Numbered from the stretch's first letter, positions 37,161-49,790 are shown. The stretch is DNA of 64,000 bases from Octopus sinensis (GCF_006345805.1 NC_043013.1:21266001-21330000), one strand, 5' to 3'. The notes: a model not told the origin generated them from the letters alone. Translations and numbers: made by a program.

Positions 37161-37485
37161 CCTCTGGCGGAACTAAGTATTGAATTCTGTCAGGCTCCCA
37201 ATCAATTTGACCACTGTTCAGTCCTTCATTGAACGATTCAACCTTCACATCAATCAAACAGAAACTGGACGAAGAGAACCATGACTTTTAAACAATAAAA
37301 TATGAAATTGTCTTATGATTAATGGCAGTTAATTGATGTGGATATCTTAAAGCGTGTTGTTGACTGAAGTAATTTTCTGGTGGAAGTTTGATAAAAGTAG
37401 ATGAGTGAGGCGAAAATGACAAATATTTCTATATTTCTGTAATGCATTGACGTCTGATACGTCTAATGAGGCTGGTATTATGTAT

Positions 37486-37579
<94 letters not shown>

Positions 37580-37659
37580 CAAAGATAAACTGTATATATA
37601 TATATATTATATATATATATATATATATATTCAAAGATAAATTGTATATATATATATAT

Positions 37660-37850
37660 TACGGAGATGTACTTGCATAGCAAGTGACCTGATCTGAGAT
37701 CATGTGCTGGAACGAAAACAATTGCAGCGTGGAAGGTGTTTATAAGCCATTTAAGAAACACACAAAAACTGTTAGATTCACTTCAACATTTAAATTTAAT
37801 TTGTCAAAATATTTTCGTCGCTTTGAGACCGCGACCTGTTCACTGAAAAA
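37660..37850. repeat. Unclassified probable dispersed repeat adjoining (TA)n
   Basis: Starts abruptly after (TA)n with tacggagatgtacttgcatagc; family not assigned. Confidence 0.35.
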
Positions 37851-37857
37851 ACTTTGT

Positions 37858-37898
37858 GCTGCATCTGAGAAAGTAACACCTACTTTCTCAGATGCAGC
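37858..37898. other. Perfect 18-bp hairpin, 5-nt loop
   Basis: gctgcatctgagaaagta-acacc-tactttctcagatgcagc. Confidence 0.95.
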
Positions 37899-38084
37899 TC
37901 CATTTTTTAAAAAGATGATACATTGTAGTTTTAGAGATACTTTAGGTCAAACAGCGACTACTGCATTCGTTCCACTCTGAAATCTGTGATATATTCCTTA
38001 GTTACCAGTTTTAAATACATAAGTTCAATTATGACCTCATAATATTCCAAAAAGAAACATTTAGTTCAGCGGAATAAATACATT

Positions 38085-38648
38085 CTACTCTAGGCAGAAG
38101 GTCCGAAAATTTTGGAGAAAGGGCCAGTCGATTAGATCGATCCCAATACGCAACTGGTTCTTAATTTATCGACCTCGAAATTCGGCAGAATTTGAACTCA
38201 GAACGTAACGGTAGACGAAATACCTATTTCTTTACTACCCACAAGGAGCTAAACACAGAGAGAACAAACAAGGACAGACAAACGGATTAAGTCGATTATA
38301 TCGACCCCAGAGCGTAACTGGTACTTAATTTATCGACTCCGGAAGGATGAAAGGCAAAGTCGACCTCGGCGGAATTTGAACTCAGAACGTAACGGCAGGC
38401 GAAATACCCATTTCTTTATTACCCACAAGGGGCTAAACATAGAGGGGACAAACAAGGACAGACAAAGGGATTAAGTCGATTACATCGACCCCAGTGTGTA
38501 ACTGGTACTTAAATTATCGACCCCGAAAGGATGAAAAGCAAAGTCAAAGTCAACCTCGGCGGAATTTGAACTCAGAACGTAACGGCAATCGAAATACTTC
38601 TAAGCATTTCGCCCGGCGTGCTAACGTTTCTGCCAGCTCGCCACCTTG
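38085..38648 (-). mobile_element. SINE array: head + 2 S-A units + terminal S-B unit
   Basis: Tail|GGTATTTC junctions at 38408/38409 and 38224/38225, 184 bp apart; the last unit carries the B tail. Confidence 0.9.
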
Positions 38649-39136
38649 CGGAAGAAATACACTAAAAATACGATAACTAGAAAACGATGCCGGTGTGTTG
38701 ATTTTATGATTCGATCTTAATTCTTGATGTTATCTCATTTTACTTATATTTCCCATTCGTAAAATCCCTCTCTCTCTCTCTCTCTCTCCCCAACTCTTTC
38801 CCACTTTCTCTCCTCTCAACCTTATCTTTCCTCTTTCTCTTTTCTTTTCCTTTTATTTTACACTTCCATCTCTCATCTAGAAGACAATGGGTAATTCCTC
38901 TATCGCACTCTGGTTGAACCGTAATAGTCATTCATGATAAGCCAAGCTTCAGAATGGTTAAGATTTATTGATAAAGACTATTGATTGATTAATAAACAAT
39001 TCCAACGGTTGAATAAAATGTTTACATATTCTACCTCAATATTTATGGGTATTTAGTATTTTTTTTTTCTCTCATACAATTTAAAACACATTGTGTTAAT
39101 AATACGCAACTTTGACCGTTTTATCAGTGTTCTTGT

Positions 39137-39460
39137 GAGGGCGCGTGGCTTAGTGGTTAGGGCATTCGGCTCATGATCGTAAGGTTGTGAGTTCGATTCC
39201 CGGCGACGCGTTGTGTCCTTGAGCAAGACACTTTATTTCAAGTTGCTCCAGTCCACTCAGCTGGCAAAAATGAGTTGTACTTGTATTTCAAAGGGTCAGC
39301 CTTGTCACTCTCTGTGTCACGCTGATTATCCCCGAGAACTACGTTAAGGGTACACGTGTCTGTGGAATGCTCAGCCATTTGCACGTTAATTTCACGAGCA
39401 AGCTGTTCCGTTGATCGTATCAGCTGGGACCCTCGTCGTCGTAACCGGCGGAGTCTTCTA
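39137..39460 (+). mobile_element. tRNA-derived SINE (head H2 + tail T1)
   Basis: gggcgcgtggcttagtggttaggg..gagttcgattcccgg head; gtgtccttgagcaagacac domain; tail shared with 7380-7555. Confidence 0.88.
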
Positions 39461-39747
39461 AAAATCAGTGATCTTACACACCGAACGGGTGTCACGTTGT
39501 CCAACTCATTTTAGAAAGGTTTCGTTTTTCTTTTGTTGTCGTTCAATTTCCATTATTTCGTAACATCATAGAATATTCAACGCTACCTCCCCCACCCATC
39601 AAAATGGACATGCTCGATGCCAATAATGAAAAAAATATGGGTTTTTCCTTCATTGTAAATGTTTTTTGTTTCTTTTGGAATTATTGATTTTATGTACAGG
39701 TATGTATGTTTGTGAATAGAAATGAACCTGTATCAGTAACGATACCA

Positions 39748-39750
39748 CTT

Positions 39751-39789
<39 letters not shown>

Positions 39790-40145
39790 TTCTCTCTCTC
39801 TCTTTCTCTCTCTCTCTCTTTCTCTCTCTCTCATTCTCTTTCTCTCTCTTTCTCTCTCTCACACACACACACATACATACACACACTCTCTCTCTCTCTC
39901 TCACACACACACATACACTCTCTCTCTCTCTCACACATACATACACACACACACTGTCTCTCTCTCTCTGTCTCTTTCTATCTCTCTCATTCTCTTTCTC
40001 TCTCTTTCTCTCTCTCTCTCACACACACATACACACACTCTCTCTCTCTCACACATGCATACACACACACACACACTGTCTCTCTCTCTCTCTCTCACAC
40101 ACACATACACACACACTCTCTCTCTCACACACATACACACACACA

Positions 40146-40184
<39 letters not shown>

Positions 40185-40185
40185 G
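39748..40185. repeat. (CT)/(CA) compound microsatellite
   Basis: Direct reading. Confidence 0.95.
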
Positions 40186-41598
40186 CGTGTGTGTGTATGT
40201 GAATGCTTCTGGCTTTGTGTTTGAAGAGTAATCGATAAGCTTTTCTTAATAAATGCAGAGATTGATTTGTGGACGAAATATATTTATAGTAGCTCAGGCT
40301 GTTGTTATAGAGAATGGCTGCATAGAATAAATAGATTGTTGATGACGTTGATATAGCCTTCACGGGAACGCAGCAAGAGGTATCGCTGCCGGAGGAATGG
40401 ATTTTAACCAACCGCTGGAATATTATTATGCTTCATAGAATGACAAGTAGTTAAGAAAATTAGTTTACATTCTTCTATTCATTGCGAGGACTATCAAACG
40501 AATGCATTCACCCATCAAAGCAATTAGGAAGCACATTCCATCTTAAAACCATATCAAACGCTAAAAACCTATGCCTGATTCTTTGTTCTGGCTTTTAGAA
40601 TGTATTTTGTCCTGTAAAGTGTTAATTCTATATAACAATGTTGATCTTCAATGAAATTCACTAAATGCATTTAGTTGTAAATTTAATTTCATATACAACT
40701 TTACAACGTTTATTCCGAGTCGAATGCATCAACTTTCCTAATGGTGGATACCTACTTAATGTATAAAAGCTGCTTTGTCTCTAAAGCCTACGTTTTCTGT
40801 TTTAAAAAAATGGTAAATTATTTACTTTAGGTTACATACTGATTTTTATCGGTCTCAAAAGAGAAAGAATATTACCTGAAAAGGTGTTTTGGATCAGGCA
40901 GGTATAAAGCTCAGGTATATTAATGTAGTTAATGTGGACTAACGGTTATTACGAGAAGACATAGGAAGCTAGACAACTTGAAAGGATCGTTATAATATGT
41001 ATAGTGTAGATTTTAGAAAGAGAAACTGGACATGGACAGTAAGAAACAAGATCAAGATAAGGGTGTAGCCGAGAAGCTAAGAAAGAAAGTCCACCAGAGT
41101 AGTGGTAGAGAGAGGCGCGTATTAGAATTGGCAAAATTATGAGATTATGATAGTGTATTCTAGTACACCGTAATGTAAGGACTGAGTGGAATAATTTTTG
41201 AAAAATCTGATTAAGAAAACTATTGATAAAAAGAAAAGTGTTTTTGTATATATGAGAGTAGTAACCCATATTTAGAAAAACATTACACTCACTGCTGAAA
41301 AATTTAGTGATCTAAATGATTCGAGCGATAGACTTCCCGGAGAGCTTCATTAAAAGGATAAACAATAACTTATCTGTGATTAGAGTAACAATGAAGTTCA
41401 GGGCATTCATTAGGGTTTCTGACGAGTGAGTGAATGAGGTAACAATTAGATCCAGAAACTGATTGGTTGTATCATGTCGCAGGAATAGCTATCTATGGTT
41501 GACCAGGATACTTAACTTTCAACAGCTCAGTTTCACCTAGGTAAATAAATAGGTGCCTCAAAATGGAAATGTTTACAGTTGTAAACAACAGTATAACC

Positions 41599-41829
41599 TA
41601 CTTCTTTATTACCCACAAGGGGCTAAACATAGAGGAGACAAACATGGACAGACATAGGTATTAAGTCGATTATATCGACCCAGTACGTAACTGGTACTTA
41701 ATTTATCGACCCCGAAAGGATGAAAGGCAAAGTCGACCTCGGCGGAATTTGAACTCACAACGTAACGGCAGCCGAAATACCGCTAAGCATTTCGCCCGAC
41801 GTGCTAACGATTCGGCCAGCTCGCCGCCT
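41599..41829 (-). mobile_element. Single full-length S-A SINE with 7-bp TSD
   Basis: tataacc at 41592-41598 and 41830-41836 (minus-strand target C^GGTTATA). Confidence 0.88.
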
Positions 41830-42549
41830 TATAACCGTAAAGTAGAGAAAGGTGTGAATACGAGGATTGTTCTTGATGTTATTGTTGTTTATTCTCACCT
41901 ACCTCAATGTCAGCTCCATTAGATCAGACATATGGTCAAAGAAGTTTCAAATATAACCAACCAGTTTTATATTCCGTGTATCTTTATTTTTTTTAAATAT
42001 GGTAGGATATGACTTGGGTGAGATTAAGCTGGTACGGCTAGCAGACCAAGCAACGTGTAAGGAATAATTTCAATGTCCCAACAATGATATAATCCTAATT
42101 CCAGCCAAAATAAAACAATCTCCAATCCGATTTATTAATACTGTTAGTATACCTGCACTCAATGATTTATTATTTTGATAATAAATTACTAGACAAAATG
42201 ATACTAAACCTAATCCATCTCATCCTAAGGCTCTTTTTAGCATATGCAGAGAATAATTTGGACTCGTCAAACCAATAGAGATAATCACTTTTTGAAAGAA
42301 AGGATACTTATCATAGGAAGCATAGTAATTAACGGAGAAAATCTTCCTTTAGCGAAAGTTCAGCATTTAACTCGATCTACTAGGAATAACAGCCAAGCCT
42401 CTCAAACATTATTATATCATTTTTACGAAAGAAGGACACATTACATAATTAGTAGTTGTAATATATAGCCTACAAGATTGACGATATGAACACGGATGGA
42501 ATGTCTATAGAACTTCTCAGTCAGGCTTGACCTACAAAGACAACAAATT

Positions 42550-43310
42550 TTACGGATCGTAAGTTCTAGGACTGGGGGTTATGAGAGGTAAGTTTGACGC
42601 TGGATTCAATTATTCCATTTGTTCCATGAAATTCTTCGGGAAATGCATGCATATCCCTTTTCCCTATCGCTCACACTCTAAAGTTGATAAGTTTGACACC
42701 TGTTAAACTATATTTTTAATAGCGGAAATCTTAACGTTTCTCACCCAAACAAGACATACAACATAAGGCAACTCGTACCAAATTTTTCTGACTCCCTGAA
42801 ACAAGGACTTCAAAATTATCTTTCATCAATGTATTTTCCCCTTAAATATGGCAGCTAGAACCCTGACATTGCCTCAGTTGCGAAGCCTTGGCTTCACTGA
42901 CGTATTAAACATAAGAAAGACAGGCCTCTACAAAACTCAAGTGAGACCCATAATGGGATACCTGTCTCAAATATAGAATGGTAATATTGATACTGCTGAT
43001 GTTAAATACGGACATCTTAAATCTTATTCTTTCAATCTGTCTCTTCAAGTTCCCAGACCTGCCCGCTCTCATTTTCCCCTTTAAGTCACTTTCCCCTTTA
43101 AGTTATTCCTCTTTTCTTAAGCTATTCCATCTCGTACGTCTCTCCTCCTCCCGTCACTCATTATGTTCTCACACTAATTATTAAATCTAGTCTTCCCTGT
43201 CCAGGACATTGGCTTTCTAGAACTTTTCTTACCTGTATATGTTCTTTTCTTGCAGGGATCGAGTTGTAATTACGCAACAGCATCGCTAACCACATCAATC
43301 TAACCGGTGA
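42550..43310 (+). mobile_element. Decayed CR1-like LINE, RT C-terminal region
   Basis: Fragments LKYGS..IASVAKP, LYKTQVRPIMGYLSQI, LQVPRPARSHF in CR1-like order. Confidence 0.55.
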
Positions 43311-43389
43311 CGAGAGTGTACGATGGCTATGGACCAAGACCCTTGCTTCAGACCAAACCAACGCAAAGATAAAACAGAAAAACTATTGC

Positions 43390-43930
43390 CAGGTGACGAG
43401 CTGGCAAAACCGTTAGCACTCCGGGTAAAATGCTTAACGGCATTTCGTCTGCCTTAACGTTCTAAGTTCAAATTCCGCCGAGGTGGACGTTGCCTACCAT
43501 CGATAAAATAAGAGTCGATAAAATAAGAGTCGATAAAATAAGTACCAGTTGAACACTCGTGGAGGCACATGACCTAGTGGTTAGAGCAGCGGACTCGCAG
43601 TCGAGGAATCGTGGGTTCGAATCTCAGACCGGACGATGTGTGTGTTTATGAGCGAAACACCTAAGCTCCAGGCGGCTCCGACAGAAGGTAATGGCGAACT
43701 TCTGCTGACTCTCTCGCTACTACTTTCACTCTTTCCTCCCCCATCTTGCAGCTCACCTGCGACGAATCGGCGTCCCATCCAGGTGGGGAACCTATACGCC
43801 AAGGAAACCAGGAAACCAGCCCTTATGAGCCAGGCATGGCTCGAGAGGGAACAAAAGCTGAACACTGGAGTTGATGTAATTGACGTATCTCATGGCCCGA
43901 ACTTCCGGGCCTTGTGCCAAATTTGAAATC
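43390..43930 (+). mobile_element. S-B SINE interrupted by a head-H1/tail-T2 SINE (about 43560-43858)
   Basis: The S-B body resumes after the insert; tgaacact is duplicated on both sides; 15-nt cgataaaataagagt tandem at about 43501-43545. Confidence 0.8.
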
Positions 43931-45689
43931 TATATTTATCTTATTAAACTGTGAAATAAATAGACATCGTTTCTTGTAGGTGATTAGCTTCAACGTGACA
44001 CCACTCATTGCTTGTAGACAGTAATTCGTTGTTTTTAAAACGTTACATTGTTGTCGGCTTATGACTTCGTAACTTTTACACGTTTTAAATAGAAGCTTTC
44101 ACCTTCTTCGACCACTTACAATTGTACAACACTAAACCGAACACATTTCTTGATGGCAAATGGTCAGGTTTATATATCAGAATGTTCCTGTCAGTTGAAG
44201 CTAGATCCACACGTTAGTGCGAGATCATTCATCAGTCCACGTCTTTTGAAATTTAGTTATTCAGACACCTTGAAAGTGTTTAATTAAAGAATAACACCTT
44301 ATGAATGGGTGTTTGTTAAAGAGAAATTTATGTTCGTACTCCTGCAAATCCTTTAGTGAATACGCAAACACTCGGAGCTTTCATATGATAAATTAATTAA
44401 GCACCTTAAGATAATTGTATTGGATTATTGGATTATTGAAAAGCAGTTAAAGTAATTTCATATTTGAATAGTAAATATTGTAGGCAGTAAATGTTAAGTT
44501 GGCCTGACGTTATATTTCTTCTTCGCAAATTTCAAGTGAGAATGAATTATTGTTTTCTTTTATCAATAGACAAATTCTTAGAGATGTAAATTAGCATTTT
44601 GTGACGTGTAATCTTCCTTTCGTTGATCTGAAATGAAACGACCTCAGCCCAGACTCGAAACACCGAAAACGGACTCAAATTACTTAATTATGGCAGAAGG
44701 TATGAAGAAAGGGATATGAGTTTCACAGTTGAATTAAACAAAACAAGAGAGAAAGGTTAAAACAACATCCAGTACATCAGGCCTGGCAATAATACTCTGC
44801 AATTTTTGCAGTCACAGTGCGCCAGCATCTTTAGTCTACAGTTCCACAAAAGAAAAACACCATTGTTCATGAAGTTTCTTTGTTTTATTTCAAGAATAAT
44901 ATATTTTTTACCAAGTCAGTCAGTTACAAGTGACAACCAACAGGGAAAGAAAACAAGTTAACTCCAAGACAAACGTCATAAAACCAGTGTATCACAACAC
45001 TAATAAATTTTTATGGAATCTTTTGAAATTAAAATTATATATTTCAAACGGCCATCTCTCCCAATCTGCGCGTATTTTCTAACCTACGAATAACCTAATT
45101 CTAAGTTCATGTGCCTAATTTTAGAAGCATATATTTCGACAATTATCACTCTATATGATGAATGGATGACCATAAAGTTAATGTGATAATTTTTTTTCTT
45201 CTTTATTGTGTCGTGTTGGTCCGATTCACACATTTCATATCTGGGTTTTTCTTTGATGTCACGATTAACATTTAATCTATAATCGTTGTATGGTGAAATA
45301 TAATGAAGTGTCGTAAGTGTCGTTCCGTTTTCATCCAACATTAATTAAGTGAGTATTCTTAAACCTTTGAAGATCTAATTATTATAATCTTTTCTAGTGA
45401 ATGCCAGACTGAGAAACTGGTAAACTTTATTCCGTGATCACTCTTAAAATTTCAGACAATAAAATAACGAAGAGATTTCTGTTGCTATAAAGAAGTAAAA
45501 TATTTATGTGATTGAAAGATTGGGAATTAAAATTCACTAACATCTGGCCATATCACGTGATTCTACTAGTTACAACAATAAAAATATAAAATAATTATCA
45601 AGAAATAACAAAGCTACCCGCAAATTCTCAAACCTTCCAAAATGCCGTTTTAAAATTCTGTTATTGGTTGCGATTCCTCCAAAATTCAA

Positions 45690-45850
45690 CGAAACCTTGA
45701 TGACATTAGTCCGAAATGTCCATATTATACAGTGGCGCCCTGTTCTAGCATTTAATGGAACTCTTGATGCCAAAGTTTGAGACAAGTCCCTTTAAGATCT
45801 TCCAGATGTATGTTATGACATATCTTAACCGCCTACGCTCTAGGGAATAG
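45690..45850 (-). mobile_element. CR1-like LINE 3' fragment
   Basis: YSLERRRLRYVITYIWKILKGLVSNFGI..LNARTGRHCII. Confidence 0.75.
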
Positions 45851-46331
45851 ACATGAAATTCAATGTATATATATATGTGTGTGTATGTGTGTGTGTGTGT
45901 GTATGTATAAGCATATTTATATATATATATATATATACATATGTAGGAAATACGACCGAATGTGGAGGTTGGTGACATAGGTAAGTCACACGGTCGCATC
46001 CCTAACGAAATAAGATAATCCATAAATACAATTTATACAATGCAGTGCCAACAGAATATAGATGAATGACGACAAGCCGCTCCACTGTTTGAGAGAAGAT
46101 AAGATTTTATTTACAAGGTGTTAAGGTTAGAGGGTTGTGAGTGCTAGCAAGTGTTGTGTATGTGTGCATGCAACAAGTGTTTGTGTCTAGAGCATAGAGT
46201 TAATGATGGAAATTGGTTTACAGTACATAAGGTACACGATATGTAAGAGTTTCATATCAAGATGTGCCTTCACATTAGAGATCTATATCTACCTTAATTG
46301 CACCAAATCCAGAACTACTTACCTCCCTTGC

Positions 46332-46460
46332 ACATAATCTTTCTACCCAGGCACTAGTAGATCCGACATCCTTCGGTAATCGGTGTGTATTCAAAGTAGT
46401 GATCAGTAATTTTACGAAACCGGTATGCTTTTGAATCTCTTTAACAATTCACAAAAATAA
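46332..46460 (-). mobile_element. Possible Helitron 3' terminus
   Basis: Minus strand ccga-aggatg-tcgg hairpin followed by atctaCTAG|t. Confidence 0.4.
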
Positions 46461-47702
46461 CTTTTATTACTTTTATTCCTACCTCAGTTCATCTAATTGT
46501 ATATATCTATCGTTACTTTTCATAAATAGCCTTTACTTTTTTTGATTTCCAATATATATATTCTTATATCCAATATATATATTCTTGTTTCACTATGACC
46601 TTAGCCTTGCTGGCTAAACTAAACTACAAAATTAGTACGTTTGTTATATAAATATTGTTTGTTTTGACCATTATGAAAATTCTAATTTACCTTTTACACA
46701 TGATATTTCGTTGTTTGGCTCAATGCTGAGAATACAAAATACTCGATAACATATTATCTGGTTTCACGGAAATAATCAAATAGTTTTACATTCAGAACAT
46801 TGAATAATTTAACTCCATCAATTCTCTTTTGAACACGAAGTCACGAAATATATTTCCAGGAAATTCCCAATGGAATTGTATGTAAATTACTATATATATA
46901 AGATCTGTATGTATATATGTGTGTGTGTGTGTATGTGTATGTGTGTGTGATTTACTCAATTTGTTTGGCTATTCCATGTTGCATCATTTTGATATTGTTC
47001 GGGAACTTATGGATAATTTGAATAACTAATTTTCATTGTTACTCGGTTGCCAAAATGCAATCCCATTTATTTTAATAGAAAACAAAATGACGAATATATA
47101 CCATATTAGTGTACCCTTCTATAAACATTTAGTTCAAAATTGTTATGACGAATTTTATATACTTCAAGTTACTTTAATGTTTGGAATAGTTACTAGATAA
47201 TCTAGAAATGTCGCTTTCAAAATACCGGTATAATATAGAAAGAATTTGCGCATTTAACTGGAATCTATAAACTTTTTTGAGAGTTTTCGTATGTGTATTT
47301 TCCTTGGCAACAATAGATCAATCGACAACATCATCGGTAAGAACTTCAGTTGTCTATCATAAGCGGAAATCAATTTCCTAAAGCCGGGAATATAGCCTCC
47401 CGTAGTGGAGGGTAAATCATTGAAATATACGACCAACGTTTTCCCAACACCGGGTATGTATACCATCAGTGAAAACTGAAAATGTCATGAATACATAGAG
47501 GTACATGTCCTCAACCGTTATGTGAAATTATTCATAGAAGTGTTTTACTTTTGCGAGAGAAATAGTGACAAAAGTATAATTATGATCTACAAGTATTTCT
47601 AGGTTTCAATAGACCCTAAGGAGTAAACGAGTCTAATATTTCTGGTAAATAAACTCCCGTTGAGCAAGTCTTTTATTTCACAACGCGGCAGAATATCTTT
47701 TA

Positions 47703-48113
47703 TGTTTGACTTGTTTCAGTCATTAGACTGTGGCCATGCTGGGACAATGCCTTGGAGCATTTTTTGTCGATGTATTGACCCCGGTACTTATTTCTTAACG
47801 CCTGGTACCTAGCCGATCGTTCTCTGTTGCCGAGCGGCTAGGTTACGGGGACGTAAACACACCAGCACCGGTTGCCAAGTGGTGGTGAGGGGGAAAACAC
47901 CGACACAAAGACACACAAATACACCGCACACACAAACGTACATATATATATATATATATACACACACACATATATGACGGGCTTCTTTCAGTTCCCTTCT
48001 ACCAAATTCACTCACAAGGCTTTGGTCGGCCCGGGGATATAGTAGAAGACACTTTGCCAAGATGTCGCGTGGTAGAACTGAAATCGGAGCCATGTGGTTG
48101 GGAAGCAAGCTTC
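47703..48113 (-). mobile_element. S-OK SINE missing the first about 20 nt of its head
   Basis: Complete body and tail; the head is interrupted at aagaa|gcttgcttcccaaccac by the element below. Confidence 0.88.
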
Positions 48114-49790
48114 TTTATTTCATTAAATTTGCCACAAGGGCAGCACACAGAGAGAAGCTTGAGGGCAAGACAGAGACATTAATGGGATGAATGATGATGA
48201 TATATGGATGATAAGGATGGGAGAAGACGAAAAAGCGCCGCCGACTTTCGCTTCTCTAAAACATTGTTCTTTTTTTCTTTTTTTTTAAACACAATGAGGC
48301 AATAAACCTCTTACACAGTTCAAAATTAAAAATAAAACACAAGCACGAGGTAATAATCCTCTCACTTTTTACATTTTTAGTCTCTTTTTGAGGTAATATA
48401 CCTCTTCAATTTTTCCGCCGGCCAGGCTACTCGCTTCATCGAAGCACCTGGTCCATTCCGAACTTAAAGGTTTCAACATAAATCTGAAGGAGTCTTTCGG
48501 GAAGGAGTTAGTTATCTTCCATAGATCGTTCTCCCATAAGACCTCCGCAGCCACCTGCGAAGGCCACTCAGGTTCCTCCGTGTAGGACAGAAGCCCCTCC
48601 CACCGGCACTTCCTTTCAATTTTTTGGATTTCATTTTACAAGGTTCCTCCCTTATGGAAGAGGACCAAAACTTCCTCCTCCAGCAGCACACCCGCCAAAG
48701 GAGAATCGGGACACGCCGGCAGCGTGTCACAACCTACCGGCAATGTTCCGTTTTTCTTTTTTCTTTTCTTTTTCCCTTGGGCTGCGGGAGGGTGGTGTTC
48801 CCTTGCTGTGTCCAGTAGGTCCTCCTTTTCTCCCGCAGCTCTCGGGTTCTTCACCTTTCGCTTTCGTTTTTTCGAGGAGGTTTCCACCTCCTCGACATCC
48901 TCCTCCCTCTCTCCCTCCATTGAGGGAGCAGGGAGTGGTTCCTCTGTTAACTGCTCCAGGATCCTATTTTAGTCCTTGGGGCAGTTTTTCTTGATGTAGC
49001 CGGTCTCCAGGCACAGATGACACTTGGGGGGGGGCGTCCCTCGAGCATCACCGGATACCTAGATCCGGCCATCCTCAAAACATCTGGGAAAACCAGACTT
49101 TCGGCTGATTGGGTCCATAGGGTCAACACAGCTTTTGACCCCTCCCAATCAGCCGCAGGCAAAATTTTTACGTTGAGCAGCTTGGTACTGCTACCACCCA
49201 GACCCCGGCGAATAGAGTCCTCTATCCAATCGGGCTCAACTCCGGGTGGCCAACCGCAGATCCAAGCTTTCAATAATTTTTTTCCACAGTAGCTTGGAAG
49301 AAACATTATTTCCTTCCCCTCGAGGGGCCGGCTTGCAAAATCGCAAGCTTCTTTGGGGGAGTCAAATAGCAACCAGACCGTCGCAAATTTGACTCCCCGT
49401 GAAATAAATTTAATAGCTGGCATGTATTCTGCCAGCTCTTTCAAAATTGTGGCTTTCGGGAAGACGGTTATGGTATCGAGCAATTTTGAATAAGTCCTCA
49501 ACACCACCGTCTTCCTTTTGGGCTCTTTTAGCCATGATTTGGGAGGTGTTAATTCCCACACTAATATTTCCTTTGCCAATTTTTTTAAATAAAAAGTTCA
49601 AATATAGTTCGTCAAAACGTTTTCAAATAAAGAAAGATACACAAAAAAAGAAAGAAGACACAACAGAAGGGAAGAAAAAATAAAAGTAACAGTTCAAATA
49701 AAGTTCTTTTTTTAAAAAAATAAATGATAGCTGTGAAAAGAGAGTTCAAATCCAGGCAAAGAAATAAATTTTCGGCCGAAAGGTGCTCCT
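48112..49790 (-). mobile_element. L1/Tx1-like non-autonomous element carrying only an ORF1-like gene
   Basis: About 200-nt 5' leader, about 400-codon ORF, about 250-nt 3' UTR ending cccttgtggc..aataaagaa. No endonuclease or RT motifs seen. The 5' boundary is approximate and no TSD was found. Confidence 0.7.
48369..49579 (-). pseudogene. ORF1-like protein: RRM-like region + CCHC zinc knuckle + basic/acidic C-terminus; 1 frameshift and 2 stops
   Basis: Frameshift at the G9 run 49026-49034, then RPPKCHLCLETGYIKKNCPKD* (C-X2-C-X4-Y-X4-C). The same frame continues through track ORFs 48636-48920 and 48369-48554. Confidence 0.75.

Noticed and set aside
39137-39210. tRNA gene (also 7185, 43560, 63900)
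   Set aside because: A/B boxes are present, but the acceptor, anticodon and T stems do not pair properly and each continues into a SINE body.
40290-40440. SCCVPVKAIS resembling a TGF-beta C-terminus (minus strand), or an IVDDVDIAF exon (plus strand)
   Set aside because: The terminal CxC and cysteine spacing are absent; the plus-strand frames are broken and the splice sites are weak.
47254-47466. 70-aa ORF with PGVGKT, P-loop-like
   Set aside because: The first Walker A glycine is missing (YIPGVGKT), there is no downstream Walker B, and no supporting exons were found.
48512-48730. ORF2 remnant in the 48-49.8 kb element
   Set aside because: The region is better explained as the in-frame continuation of the ORF1-like reading frame; no EN/RT motif is present.
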